Shown: one piece after another, positions 1 through 8,618 of the stretch | Position numbering within the stretch: position 1 is the first letter of the stretch | Layout of the letters: each line of letters opens with the position of its first letter | IMG/VR virus record: IMGVR_UViG_3300009320_000019 | Location: 1 to 56,623 of that record | Source: a virus | Lineage: Duplodnaviria; Caudoviricetes | DNA: 56,623 nucleotides | Strand: one strand, 5' to 3' | Position numbers and translations under genes: made by a program | The notes under the pieces: generated by a model | The model's database searches: none | What the model was told of the DNA's origin: nothing | Seen by the model: only the letters and a program-made list of their open reading frames with translations

Positions 1-105
1 GACAATTCCGTCTTCCATGCCCATTTGTTCAGCAATAGAAATTAACTCCCCATCACTTAAATCCTCTAACTTAGTATTCTCATCATATACCTCATCAGTT
101 TTCAT
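1..105 (-). CDS. 5' part of 77-aa hypothetical protein spanning the circular junction
   Basis: GGAGG SD, ATG at 105; 35 codons (MKTDEVYD...EDGIV) continue in frame at 56623. Confidence 0.75.
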   Translation of the reverse strand, partial: MKTDEVYDENTKLEDLSDGELISIAEQMGMEDGIV

Positions 106-183
106 TTCTAAACCTCCTTAATATGTTTCAAATTGTTTCCTTTACAATTAGGACAAATAGTTATCCATTTAGAATTCATCTTT

Positions 184-765
184 TTAGCCCCCCCTATTAC
201 CGAAGTATTTACCTTCATCATCTGTAATAACTTCACCTTTTTCACAAATATAGATACCATTAAACTGACATCCTTGTTCAAAGTATGTTAATCTGAAGTT
301 CAATTTAGGAAACTTCTTACTCATAGCCTTGATTACAGGAATACAGGGTCCCCAAGCGCATCTAAAAGTATACATAATTTCTCTCTGATAACTTTCAACT
401 AATTCGGCTTCATAAATCCCCCATTTAGTTCCCCAGTTATTGATACACCATTCATATCCACCAGCGTTATATCCATCTTTCATTTTCCAAGTAGGATTAG
501 GATTTGCTTCATCCCATTTTTTCTTTTCTGCTTTAGACATTTTGTCGTAGTTTGATTCTTTCAGTTTCTTTTGAAACCTTTTAGAAGCTCTTTCAACTTT
601 TTTGTCTAAATCTTTATACTTCTTAGGGTAAGGAATAAACTTATCAGCGTCTAAAACTGCTGTTTCCTCTCCTTTTTTATATCTAGACCTAGCAAAACTC
701 ATAAACCTTTTTAATTCAGTTCTAGAACCTTGTATTTCTAAATCACATTCACAATGATTTGGCAT
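184..765 (-). CDS. DUF1281/Api92-like (YubB ferredoxin-like) protein
   Basis: MPNHC N-terminus, WCINNWGTKW, F-x-CAWGP, KFPKLNF..YFEQG motifs. Confidence 0.75.
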   Translation of the reverse strand: MPNHCECDLEIQGSRTELKRFMSFARSRYKKGEETAVLDADKFIPYPKKYKDLDKKVERASKRFQKKLKESNYDKMSKAEKKKWDEANPNPTWKMKDGYNAGGYEWCINNWGTKWGIYEAELVESYQREIMYTFRCAWGPCIPVIKAMSKKFPKLNFRLTYFEQGCQFNGIYICEKGEVITDDEGKYFGNRGG

Positions 766-766
766 T

Positions 767-934
767 TTATTTACCTCCTATTTTCTTATCATTAAAACAT
801 TTAACAGAGAACATTTCATCTCCTTTTTCATCAAATATTTCAATTGTTTTTGTATAAAACACTCTCCCACTATCGAGAGTATGTTTTTCATTAGTCACTT
901 TAATCTTGTTTACATCGTGTATAGTTAATCTATT
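767..934 (-). CDS. hypothetical early protein (likely start MNRLTIH at 934)
   Basis: GGAGGT SD before 934; tight packing. Confidence 0.6.
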   Translation of the reverse strand, partial: NRLTIHDVNKIKVTNEKHTLDSGRVFYTKTIEIFDEKGDEMFSVKCFNDKKIGGK

Positions 935-1284
935 CATTCTAATACCTCCGGGAAATTCCAACTAACAATTTCCTTAATTATATATGCTTCATTACCAGTT
1001 ACTTTGGTTGAAGCACCATCATACCAATCTAAATACCAAAACTCTACATCTCCATTTTCGTAAATTCTGAATTCCTCACTTGGACCACCATAACTTAATT
1101 GGTATCTCCAATATGAAGCCTTTTGATCCCTAAAGGTATCAGCCTCTACAAAGTCCATACATAGCCCATATTCGTTCAAATAACCTAAATCCTCTACATA
1201 GTTATCCTTTGCTTCAAACAGGGTTTTAATGTCCTTTATTCTGCTTCTAAAAGCATTTTCCACTTTTTCACTACATTTACTCAT
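934..1284 (-). CDS. hypothetical viral protein with LSYGGPSEEF motif
   Basis: ORF, GGAGG SD before 1284. Confidence 0.65.
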   Translation of the reverse strand: MSKCSEKVENAFRSRIKDIKTLFEAKDNYVEDLGYLNEYGLCMDFVEADTFRDQKASYWRYQLSYGGPSEEFRIYENGDVEFWYLDWYDGASTKVTGNEAYIIKEIVSWNFPEVLE

Positions 1285-1285
1285 T

Positions 1286-1885
1286 TTAAACCTCCATACC
1301 ATTTAATAGGTATAATCCTGAATCACAGATATTTCTATATCTTATCCATAATCTAATTGATTCAATATCTGTCAATTGTATTGTAAATATCTTATTAATT
1401 TTTTCCTCATTATTATTAGAAATTATTTCATAATAATCTGGTTTATCTACTTCCTCAAATCCTTTCTCTTTTTGAAGTCGTTTTATTGACTTTTGAGTAT
1501 ATTTATCTAATTTTTCAAATCTGTTTTTGAAATCTGATATTTTAATATACCCTTCTTTTACTCCAAACTCTTTAAAGAAATTACTTATTGGTTCAGCTTC
1601 TTTAATAGTTCCTCTCCAACTTTTTAAGTAATTTTCTGGTGTTGTGCTTCTACCATTTGGTTGTAGTCCACCACCTTCACAATATCCAGCCCATTTACAT
1701 ACTCGTTGAATAATAGAATATTCCCACCCATAAGCATAAAACTGCCATTCTCTTGCTCTTTTATTGCTACAAGTGTCATATACATTATTACTTCCGATTA
1801 AATGCACTGCTAAGAGATTTGGTGTATATCCATCTTTTTCTTCAATTACATATACTTTTCTTTTGTATTCTATATCATAACTCAT
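1286..1885 (-). CDS. hypothetical protein
   Basis: 199-aa ORF, ATGA-coupled to upstream gene. Confidence 0.7.
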   Translation of the reverse strand: MSYDIEYKRKVYVIEEKDGYTPNLLAVHLIGSNNVYDTCSNKRAREWQFYAYGWEYSIIQRVCKWAGYCEGGGLQPNGRSTTPENYLKSWRGTIKEAEPISNFFKEFGVKEGYIKISDFKNRFEKLDKYTQKSIKRLQKEKGFEEVDKPDYYEIISNNNEEKINKIFTIQLTDIESIRLWIRYRNICDSGLYLLNGMEV

Positions 1886-2067
1886 TCTTTTTCACCTATT
1901 GTTTCAATATACTTTAAACTATACCATTCCTGGCTTGTTTGTTTGCATTCATTACAATACAAATCATAACTCCCATCATTATCACAAAACTCAAAACTTC
2001 CATACTCAACATCCTCACTTCCACAATAAGGACATTTACCTGCTTCGTGTCCAATTATTTCAACCAT
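1882..2067 (-). CDS. small Zn-ribbon protein
   Basis: CPYCGS...CNEC; GGAGG SD. Confidence 0.7.
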   Translation of the reverse strand: MVEIIGHEAGKCPYCGSEDVEYGSFEFCDNDGSYDLYCNECKQTSQEWYSLKYIETIGEKE

Positions 2068-2077
2068 TTTTTCCTCC

Positions 2078-2503
2078 CTAAATTATTCCCATTTGACTTA
2101 ATGGGCTATCTGGATGGTCTGGTTCAACTCTCCGACCATCTGGTAGTGTGATTACTGAATCCATACACATATGTTTAAGTTCTTTATTAGAAATTATTTC
2201 ATTTCCTTTTAAATCTCTTAATGTGTATCCTTCATCACTTACAAACTTAGTGTCGACTTCAACTTTTAAATCAGAGAAAAATCCCCACTTATCAAATTCT
2301 GCTTGTAATTCTTTTGCAGTTTCTTTATCTACATATTTTTCTACGAATTGAATTACTTCCTCGAATTCATCAAAGGTAGAACCCCAAATTCCATCACCAT
2401 CTCTGTAACTATACACTTCAAATTTAGGATCCATATACCTTAATTCAAAAGGTGTAAACCATTCATCGCAGGTTTTATCTTTTAATTCGCATTTAATTTT
2501 CAT
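2078..2503 (-). CDS. hypothetical protein
   Basis: 141-aa ORF with SD; C-terminal DGRRVEPD motif. Confidence 0.7.
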   Translation of the reverse strand: MKIKCELKDKTCDEWFTPFELRYMDPKFEVYSYRDGDGIWGSTFDEFEEVIQFVEKYVDKETAKELQAEFDKWGFFSDLKVEVDTKFVSDEGYTLRDLKGNEIISNKELKHMCMDSVITLPDGRRVEPDHPDSPLSQMGII

Positions 2504-2972
2504 CTTTTATCTCCATATCACATACAAATCCTTTTTGTGCTAGAAAGTTTTTAATGTCTCCTCCAATTGAATTAACTTCTTGATAACTAGCACCAAACCT
2601 TACAACTTCTTTTTCATAAAAACTTACTCGCTCTAAATTTCTTATTTCTATTGTATTCATTTTAATTCCTCCAATCTTTACAACATCTTTGACTAATATA
2701 GTAATAATTATACCTATCGCATAAACGATATTCTTTAAGCATCTCTTTAGTTTCTTTATATGTTGTGAACTCGTCTACTGTTTCAGTTTCCCCTTGAGGT
2801 GTTTTCATGTTTATAAATTTCATTTTATCAACCTCAATTTGAGAGCGTGGTTTAATCTCTCTAGTAATTTAACTGCTTTTAGAATTTCATACTCTTCTAA
2901 GTGGTTTCCGTCAATTAATTGTTCTAATACATAAAAATCTTCCTTATTCATTTTATACCTCTCATAATAAAT

Positions 2973-3122
2973 TCATTCTGCCACCAATTTATTTTCACTT
3001 AGATAATAACTCAAATCCTCTAAGTGACTTCTAACACAGTCTTTATCTTTCATTGCTACACCTTCAATAATCATAGAACACAAATGTTCTACTGCTATTA
3101 TGTTTTTATTTGTTTTAGTCAT
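2973..3122 (-). CDS. hypothetical protein (start MTKTNK)
   Basis: ORF with GGGGAG SD. Confidence 0.55.
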   Translation of the reverse strand: MTKTNKNIIAVEHLCSMIIEGVAMKDKDCVRSHLEDLSYYLSENKLVAE

Positions 3123-3123
3123 T

Positions 3124-3489
3124 TTAATACTCCCCTTTGAGCAAGAATGTATGCCCACCGGTTTCATTTCTGGCTATATAGAAACTAAATTCCTTAATAG
3201 GAAAATCTGTATAGCCATACTTTTTAGTATGTAATACATTTTCGTTTCCATCGGTTAACTCTACATTTGCTGATTTGTCGTCATTTACCTTTATCTTTAA
3301 CACAATAAAGTCCTCTTTCTTTAACTTATCTGTCATTGAGATTTCAATCGCATAATCACTGATTAACCAGTGGCAATTTGCTTTCTCAATCAAATACATA
3401 ATTCCTTCGGTTGCTATACAATTACTTAGACTTATTCTAGTAAATGTAGCACTTCCATAGAATTGTTTTAATTCTTGTTCTAAATCCAT
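3124..3489 (-). CDS. DUF6876-like protein
   Basis: LKQFYGS...TEGIMYL..ANCHWL...YTDFP...LLKGEY pattern. Confidence 0.7.
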   Translation of the reverse strand: MDLEQELKQFYGSATFTRISLSNCIATEGIMYLIEKANCHWLISDYAIEISMTDKLKKEDFIVLKIKVNDDKSANVELTDGNENVLHTKKYGYTDFPIKEFSFYIARNETGGHTFLLKGEY

Positions 3490-3766
3490 TTTAAACCTCC
3501 AAGTCTAATTTTAAACCTTCAATAAAGTTACTAAATTCTTTCTTAGAATTGAAAGTTTTTAGCTCTCCTTTACTATCTAACTTGTTGTCGTCACCAACAC
3601 ACAAGAAAAACTCGCCTATATTCTTTTGTTTACTCATTTTGTATACCTCACATTATCTGTTCTTTCGTCTAACTCTACACCAATCACTGTATGTTCGTTG
3701 TCTTTCACACTCACAATTCCGTTAACTAATCTAACAGAACAAGTTCCACACATTCCAATTAACACT

Positions 3767-3961
3767 TTATTTACCTCGCTCTTTAATACCAGCTTGAATT
3801 GCCAGTTGTTCTTTACTTTGCTTTATACACTTCGCCATTGCTTTTGCTCTTTCTACCTCTACATCATCGCTGGGTTCTATTTCAAGTTTAATTCCACTTG
3901 TAATAGTGTTATAACACGCAGAGAGTTTAGCCTCTACATATATTTCTTTTACTTTACTCAT
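3767..3961 (-). CDS. hypothetical protein
   Basis: ORF with GAGG SD. Confidence 0.55.
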   Translation of the reverse strand: MSKVKEIYVEAKLSACYNTITSGIKLEIEPSDDVEVERAKAMAKCIKQSKEQLAIQAGIKERGK

Positions 3962-4315
3962 CTTGTTCCTCATCTCTTAATGTTATTGAACAAGGATAAT
4001 TTCCATCCTCATAATAACAAGTTTCACAAAACTTTCCTTTACATCTCAAACTCATAGTGTTACCTCCATAGGTTTAACATTACCACTCGCAGTCACTTCA
4101 ACTTCATAAAAGGAGACATATTTATCTCCTAGTTCATATTTGCTATACAAATACTTAGAAACCATATTGTTCCACCTCGCCATAATACTCTAATATGTCT
4201 TTATCCCTTTGACTTAGGTTCAGACCGATAAACTTCGCATCTCTAATCTCGTCTAACTCAGCTTTGGTTATATTCCACATAGGATTTTCATCCTTCATTT
4301 GTCTCTTAAAAGAAA

Positions 4316-4508
4316 CCATTTTGCCACCTCTGTAGCCTTAATATCTTTCAACTCTACGCCAAATCCCATTTTAATCTTTAATGGGATTATTAAATTTACA
4401 TCTAGATCGTCTAAGATGTTTTCCTAAATTGTTCCCTATATAAGAACACTTTGGGCATTTATCCATTTTGCCACCTCCGTAGCCTTAATATCTTTCAACT
4501 CTACGCCA
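4316..4508. repeat. 46-bp direct repeat, 2 copies (4316-4361, 4463-4508), 1 mismatch
   Basis: CCATTTTGCCACCTCYGTAGCCTTAATATCTTTCAACTCTACGCCA read twice. Confidence 0.95.
4371..4466 (-). CDS. 31-aa putative Zn-finger microprotein (C2HC)
   Basis: MDKCPKCSYIGNNLGKHLRRSRCKFNNPIKD; GGAGGTG SD. Confidence 0.55.
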   Translation of the reverse strand: MDKCPKCSYIGNNLGKHLRRSRCKFNNPIKD

Positions 4509-4518
4509 CACTTCATCG

Positions 4519-4605
4519 TCATTTGTCTAGATGAAAACAATTTTGGCAATAAAAACCTTTACCAAAACTAGGATCCCCACATTCGGGGCATTTAAATTCA
4601 GTCAT
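4519..4605 (-). CDS. 28-aa CPxCG Zn-finger microprotein
   Basis: MTEFKCPECGDPSFGKGFYCQNCFHLDK; GGAGGTG SD. Confidence 0.6.
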   Translation of the reverse strand: MTEFKCPECGDPSFGKGFYCQNCFHLDK

Positions 4606-4795
4606 TTTGCACCTCCATGCAATTAGTCTGTGATAGAATCCGTCTATCTCGTCAGTACAATCGCTGTTTAAATTCAGCGAAAGATTCTGGGGCAGAGTCT
4701 ATGCCCTGAAGTTCAATATGCCTTTCGACATATATTGAATATTGATCCAGAATAAAATCGTTGGTATATTCCATTTTTACCTCCATATATTATAT

Positions 4796-4987
4796 TTACC
4801 ATATTTTCACCACTTTATCTTTAAAAGGGATATTAATAGAATTTTCTCCATACATTTTATCAATCCATCTGTGAAATCTATAATCTTTAAATCCACCTTT
4901 ACTCCAATAAAAGTCCTGAGAATTAAGATATTCATTTAATAAAGTTCCATCATCATTCTCAATTAACCAATTAACTATATCCATCAT
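4796..4987 (-). CDS. hypothetical protein
   Basis: 63-aa ORF, GGAGGTG SD. Confidence 0.6.
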   Translation of the reverse strand: MMDIVNWLIENDDGTLLNEYLNSQDFYWSKGGFKDYRFHRWIDKMYGENSINIPFKDKVVKIW

Positions 4988-5239
4988 TTTGGCACCTCCA
5001 ATTTGCCCTTAATCATTTTTTTGAGCCCCCTACTTTTCAGTGTGGGTTTTCGTATACTAGTTTCCATAGTTCCATTTTCTAATGATTTGGTCGGTTTCAT
5101 CATCATAATAGTATTTATGGGTTTTTGTATTTCCAATAAATTCCATCATTTTTTTTGACCTCCTTTTCCTTTGGGTATTTAAACCCATTAAGGAACATAA
5201 AAGGAAAGGTTGTAGATAATCATACAACCCCCAAAAAGA

Positions 5240-5770
5240 AAAAATAACCAGTCAGTAAGGGCGAACCTTATACTTCTGATTAGTTTGTATATGCCGATGT
5301 TCTGGCATAGGCGAGACAACTCGCTAAAGTTACTAATGGCTTTGGCTTTCACCCAATAGGGCTTATACCAGCCGTCTTTTAGTTATCCCCTCACAACTTC
5401 TTGAAGACTTTCATCCGAATGATTTGGTCGGTTTATCCCCCCGATTTTATATGTATTTTATTGCCTTCCTTCGATAAACTGAAGTTCGATAAACTGAAGT
5501 AATCACTATGGTTTAAAACCATCCCCTACCCACTCCGTATGCTGTGGGAGTTCCGGTCAAAAACACTGCGGGTAAACTTGATGACAATAACCATCAATAT
5601 CCGTCGGGGTTTTTTGAGCCCTCGTTGTTCGGTTTGTTTTCTTAACTTCTTAACCAATTTCGATGCTAAAAAGTTCATCTGGAATTCTTACCGATTTTCT
5701 GGATTTCATCCCTTGTCCGATGTTTTTCTGGTTTTCTCATAACTTACTCGCATAGTGTCGCAGAGGTTAA
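5240..5770 (-). ncRNA. Putative large structured non-coding RNA or leader
   Basis: GC-elevated, no credible ORF, serial hairpins, GAAA and UUCG loops on the minus strand, followed by a U-rich tract. Confidence 0.55.
5470..5499. repeat. Perfect 15-bp tandem duplication (TTCGATAAACTGAAG)x2
   Basis: Read directly. Confidence 0.95.
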
Positions 5771-6256
5771 TCATCGAAAACTCTTATTTATATTGTATCC
5801 TTTTTTTGAAAGTTTTTTTAATTGTGATTTTTTTAAACTTGGTGTAGATAATTTTTCTACTTGGTTTTTATAATATGTAGCATTTTTAGGTTCTTTTCTT
5901 TGTTGCCTTGTTGGTATTTCTTGCCTTTTTTGTGCTGTTTTTATACTATATTGTGTTTCTTGGGTTAATCTGTTGTCGTTATAAAAATATTCTAATCTTT
6001 GACAATTTTTTAATAATTTGGAATATTGTCGCCTGACATCTTTTTCTTTTTTAAAGGGGATTTTATATATACCTCTCTTGTTTAAAGTTCTGTATTTTTT
6101 AGGTTTTAAAAATATAGTTCCACTTTTTAAACTTATATTTTTACTTTTATTTAATGCTTTATTCATTTTTAAAAGTTTTATTTTTCTGGCATTCCATCGT
6201 ATAGGGTTTTCGCCTTTTAAAACTTTTTCATTCTTACTATTATTGTTTTTTTCCAT
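5771..6256 (-). CDS. Highly basic Lys/Arg-rich protein, probably leaderless
   Basis: 161-aa ORF starting about 22 nt downstream of a TATA box; roughly a quarter K+R. Confidence 0.55.
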   Translation of the reverse strand: MEKNNNSKNEKVLKGENPIRWNARKIKLLKMNKALNKSKNISLKSGTIFLKPKKYRTLNKRGIYKIPFKKEKDVRRQYSKLLKNCQRLEYFYNDNRLTQETQYSIKTAQKRQEIPTRQQRKEPKNATYYKNQVEKLSTPSLKKSQLKKLSKKGYNINKSFR

Positions 6257-6276
6257 ATAATTAGAAAGCAAACAAT

Positions 6277-6295
6277 CTTTATAAATGTTTCTATT
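6277..6295 (-). promoter_or_regulatory. Archaeal BRE-TATA promoter heading the early arm
   Basis: AATAGAAACATTTATAAAG on the minus strand. Confidence 0.7.
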
Positions 6296-6404
6296 CTCAC
6301 TATTTAGGTTTCTCGACGAGGATTTAACTAATAGTCATGTAGAAAAATTATTTGGTCAATTTTTTAAAATCGGGTTTTTGAAAAAAAAAATTTAAAAAAA
6401 ATTT

Positions 6405-7199
6405 TCAATTTCCTTTTTTTATAAAAGAAGTTGAATCAATAGAATTAGGTGTTATTTTGAATTCGTTGCTTGTTATGGCTTTGTGATATTTTCCCCACGC
6501 CATTTTGTCAATTTTAACAACTAGTTGAATCTCTTTACGAATATCAGAATTAATAGTTTTAGAAGTAAGATGATTAAGCACCTTACTTACTTCCAGGCTT
6601 TTAGAATCATAACTTATTCGATATTTTTTGAATTCCAGTTGATCTGCCCATTTAGAAATCCAAGTATCTCCATACCATACTCGTAAATCTGAAGGAATTA
6701 AAGGAACTTCATCAAGTACAGGCTTAGTCATTGCAAAAAAACAACCAATCATTGATTCACATTCTTCATGTTTAAATCCTAAATTTCTAAATTTTTGAGT
6801 AAGTTTTTTAACTCGTTTATAATCCGTACTTAGTATCATTTTTTGGTTTGTATAGATTTCTTTAATATAATCAATTAACTCTGGAGGAAATGTAATATCA
6901 TTATTTGCAATAATTAAAATATCTACATCTTCTTTCCTTGCTCGTTTTATAAATTCGTTCCAAACAGGATTAACATATTCATTTTCCTCAGATCTGGTTA
7001 TATCTATCTTTTTATGTGAAGAATGTATAGGTGGATTAGAACCATTATCATGAATCCATACTTCATCAATAGATTTAGCATTAATACAGCTCTTAAGAAA
7101 CTCTTTAGTAACTTTATGTTGGTTGTATACAGGACATGCTAGTACCAATTTTTTGGCGCGTTTGGTTTCTCCGAAACCATCAAATATCATATTTATCAC
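6405..7199 (-). CDS. GT2-family (GT-A) glycosyltransferase
   Basis: PVYNQ, HDNGS, NNDI acidic motif, GCFF, WYGD. Confidence 0.8.
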   Translation of the reverse strand: MINMIFDGFGETKRAKKLVLACPVYNQHKVTKEFLKSCINAKSIDEVWIHDNGSNPPIHSSHKKIDITRSEENEYVNPVWNEFIKRARKEDVDILIIANNDITFPPELIDYIKEIYTNQKMILSTDYKRVKKLTQKFRNLGFKHEECESMIGCFFAMTKPVLDEVPLIPSDLRVWYGDTWISKWADQLEFKKYRISYDSKSLEVSKVLNHLTSKTINSDIRKEIQLVVKIDKMAWGKYHKAITSNEFKITPNSIDSTSFIKKGN

Positions 7200-7902
7200 T
7201 CCATTCGTGTTTTAAGTTTGGTCTACTAAATATACAGTTTGGTATACTTACAAATCTTTCTAAAATCGCTTGATGTTTTAATCCTTCTGCGACAGAATAA
7301 GGAAAACTTTGGTTTCCTATAAATAATTTTGATCCTTTGATTACTTGTGCTAGTTCTAAGAAATTAGATACTGGATAAAAAGGAACATTTCCATTATCTT
7401 GTTTAAATCGTTCCCACTCTCCTTCTAATCCAACAAAAGAAATATTCCCAATGTATTTTATTAAAATATCCCCCCAAGGAAATTTATAATCATTATATCT
7501 AGGACTACGATGGATTACAACATCTGCAATATATTTTGGTTTAATATTACTTAACCACGCTTTGTTTTTTTCTTTTTCTTTTAATCCGAAAGTCCAAAGG
7601 TGTACATCTGCTAAATTATTTTTACCTACTTTTCTTTCATATTTTACCCTAAATTGATCTAAGTCATAATCTACGGGTAGTTTATTATCCCATACTTTAA
7701 CTTCTTTTATATAATCTTGTGCTTCAAGTAAGGGTTTTAACATTTTTATTGTTTCTAAATTTAATCTCGTTGGTATTCCAGGTATTCTTTTTTCTAATGG
7801 ATTCCCTGGATTTAAATAAAGAATCCCTCCACCTAATTTTCTAACAGTAGGTAAAGAATACATAATATCTCCCAAATCTCCCGAGTGTTTAAATGTTTTC
7901 AT
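7180..7902 (-). CDS. GT-B, GT9 (heptosyltransferase)-like glycosyltransferase
   Basis: HSGDLGDIMYSLP; LELAQVIKGSKLFIGNQS. Confidence 0.7.
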   Translation of the reverse strand: MKTFKHSGDLGDIMYSLPTVRKLGGGILYLNPGNPLEKRIPGIPTRLNLETIKMLKPLLEAQDYIKEVKVWDNKLPVDYDLDQFRVKYERKVGKNNLADVHLWTFGLKEKEKNKAWLSNIKPKYIADVVIHRSPRYNDYKFPWGDILIKYIGNISFVGLEGEWERFKQDNGNVPFYPVSNFLELAQVIKGSKLFIGNQSFPYSVAEGLKHQAILERFVSIPNCIFSRPNLKHEWSDKYDI

Positions 7903-8618
7903 TTTAATTTTTTTACTTTCATTAAATTAGGCCTATCAAAAATACAATTTGGTACTTTTGGATAAACTTCTAATATTGCTTTTTTCTTAAGTCCTTCTGC
8001 TATTGCATAAGGGGAACTTTGATTACCAACAAAAAGTTCAGCACCTTCTATTACTCTTGCTAATTCTAGAAAATCTTTTACTTTATAATACTTTACTTTT
8101 CCAACTTTTTTTTGAAACTTTTCCCACTCACTAGGCAACCCAACGAATACTGCATCTTTATGATATTTTTTCCAAATAGTTTTCCAATTAAAATCTTTAT
8201 TATGGTTTCTGGAACTCCTAGAAAAAATTACTTTTGCTACTTTCTTTGGTTTTACAGATAACCATTTTTTTGTTTCGTCATATTTTGGTAAATTAAAACA
8301 TCTCATGTGATTTTCTACTAAATTTCTAATACCTCTTATTACATTATATCTAATTGTAAAATCATAATCTACTTCTTCCCCATCCCAAATTTTAACTTCT
8401 TTAATGTAGTCTTGTGAATCAAGCAAAGGTTTTAATAATTTAATCTGAGGTTCTCTTAATTTAGATAACATACACATTTTCATAAAAAATCCACCATCAC
8501 ATCTTTCAATAAGCCCTTTATCTAAATACAGAATCCCACCACCAAGTTTTTTGATTGCAGGGAGCGAATAAATTACATCCCCCATATCCCCAGAGTGTTT
8601 AAAGGTTTTAATCGACAT
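7899..8618 (-). CDS. GT9-like glycosyltransferase, tandem paralog of 7180-7902
   Basis: HSGDMGDVIYSLP; LELARVIEGAELFVGNQS. Confidence 0.7.
   Translation of the reverse strand: MSIKTFKHSGDMGDVIYSLPAIKKLGGGILYLDKGLIERCDGGFFMKMCMLSKLREPQIKLLKPLLDSQDYIKEVKIWDGEEVDYDFTIRYNVIRGIRNLVENHMRCFNLPKYDETKKWLSVKPKKVAKVIFSRSSRNHNKDFNWKTIWKKYHKDAVFVGLPSEWEKFQKKVGKVKYYKVKDFLELARVIEGAELFVGNQSSPYAIAEGLKKKAILEVYPKVPNCIFDRPNLMKVKKLK

Larger units (their letters stand above)
2500..5150 (-). other. Array of tandem micro-ORFs (mostly 25-65 aa), most with GGAGG/GAGGT SD
   Basis: Repeated ACCTC(C) a few nt 3' of CAT on the + strand; manual translation gives back-to-back short ORFs. Confidence 0.75.

Noticed and set aside
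4316-4508. CRISPR mini-array
   Set aside because: Only two 46-bp copies with a 101-bp coding spacer; the repeat contains SD+ATG
5240-5770. tRNA, hammerhead ribozyme or group I intron; also the + strand ORF 5539-5742
   Set aside because: No cloverleaf/TpsiC, CUGANGA core or recognisable P7; the ORF lacks an SD and opposes local gene orientation
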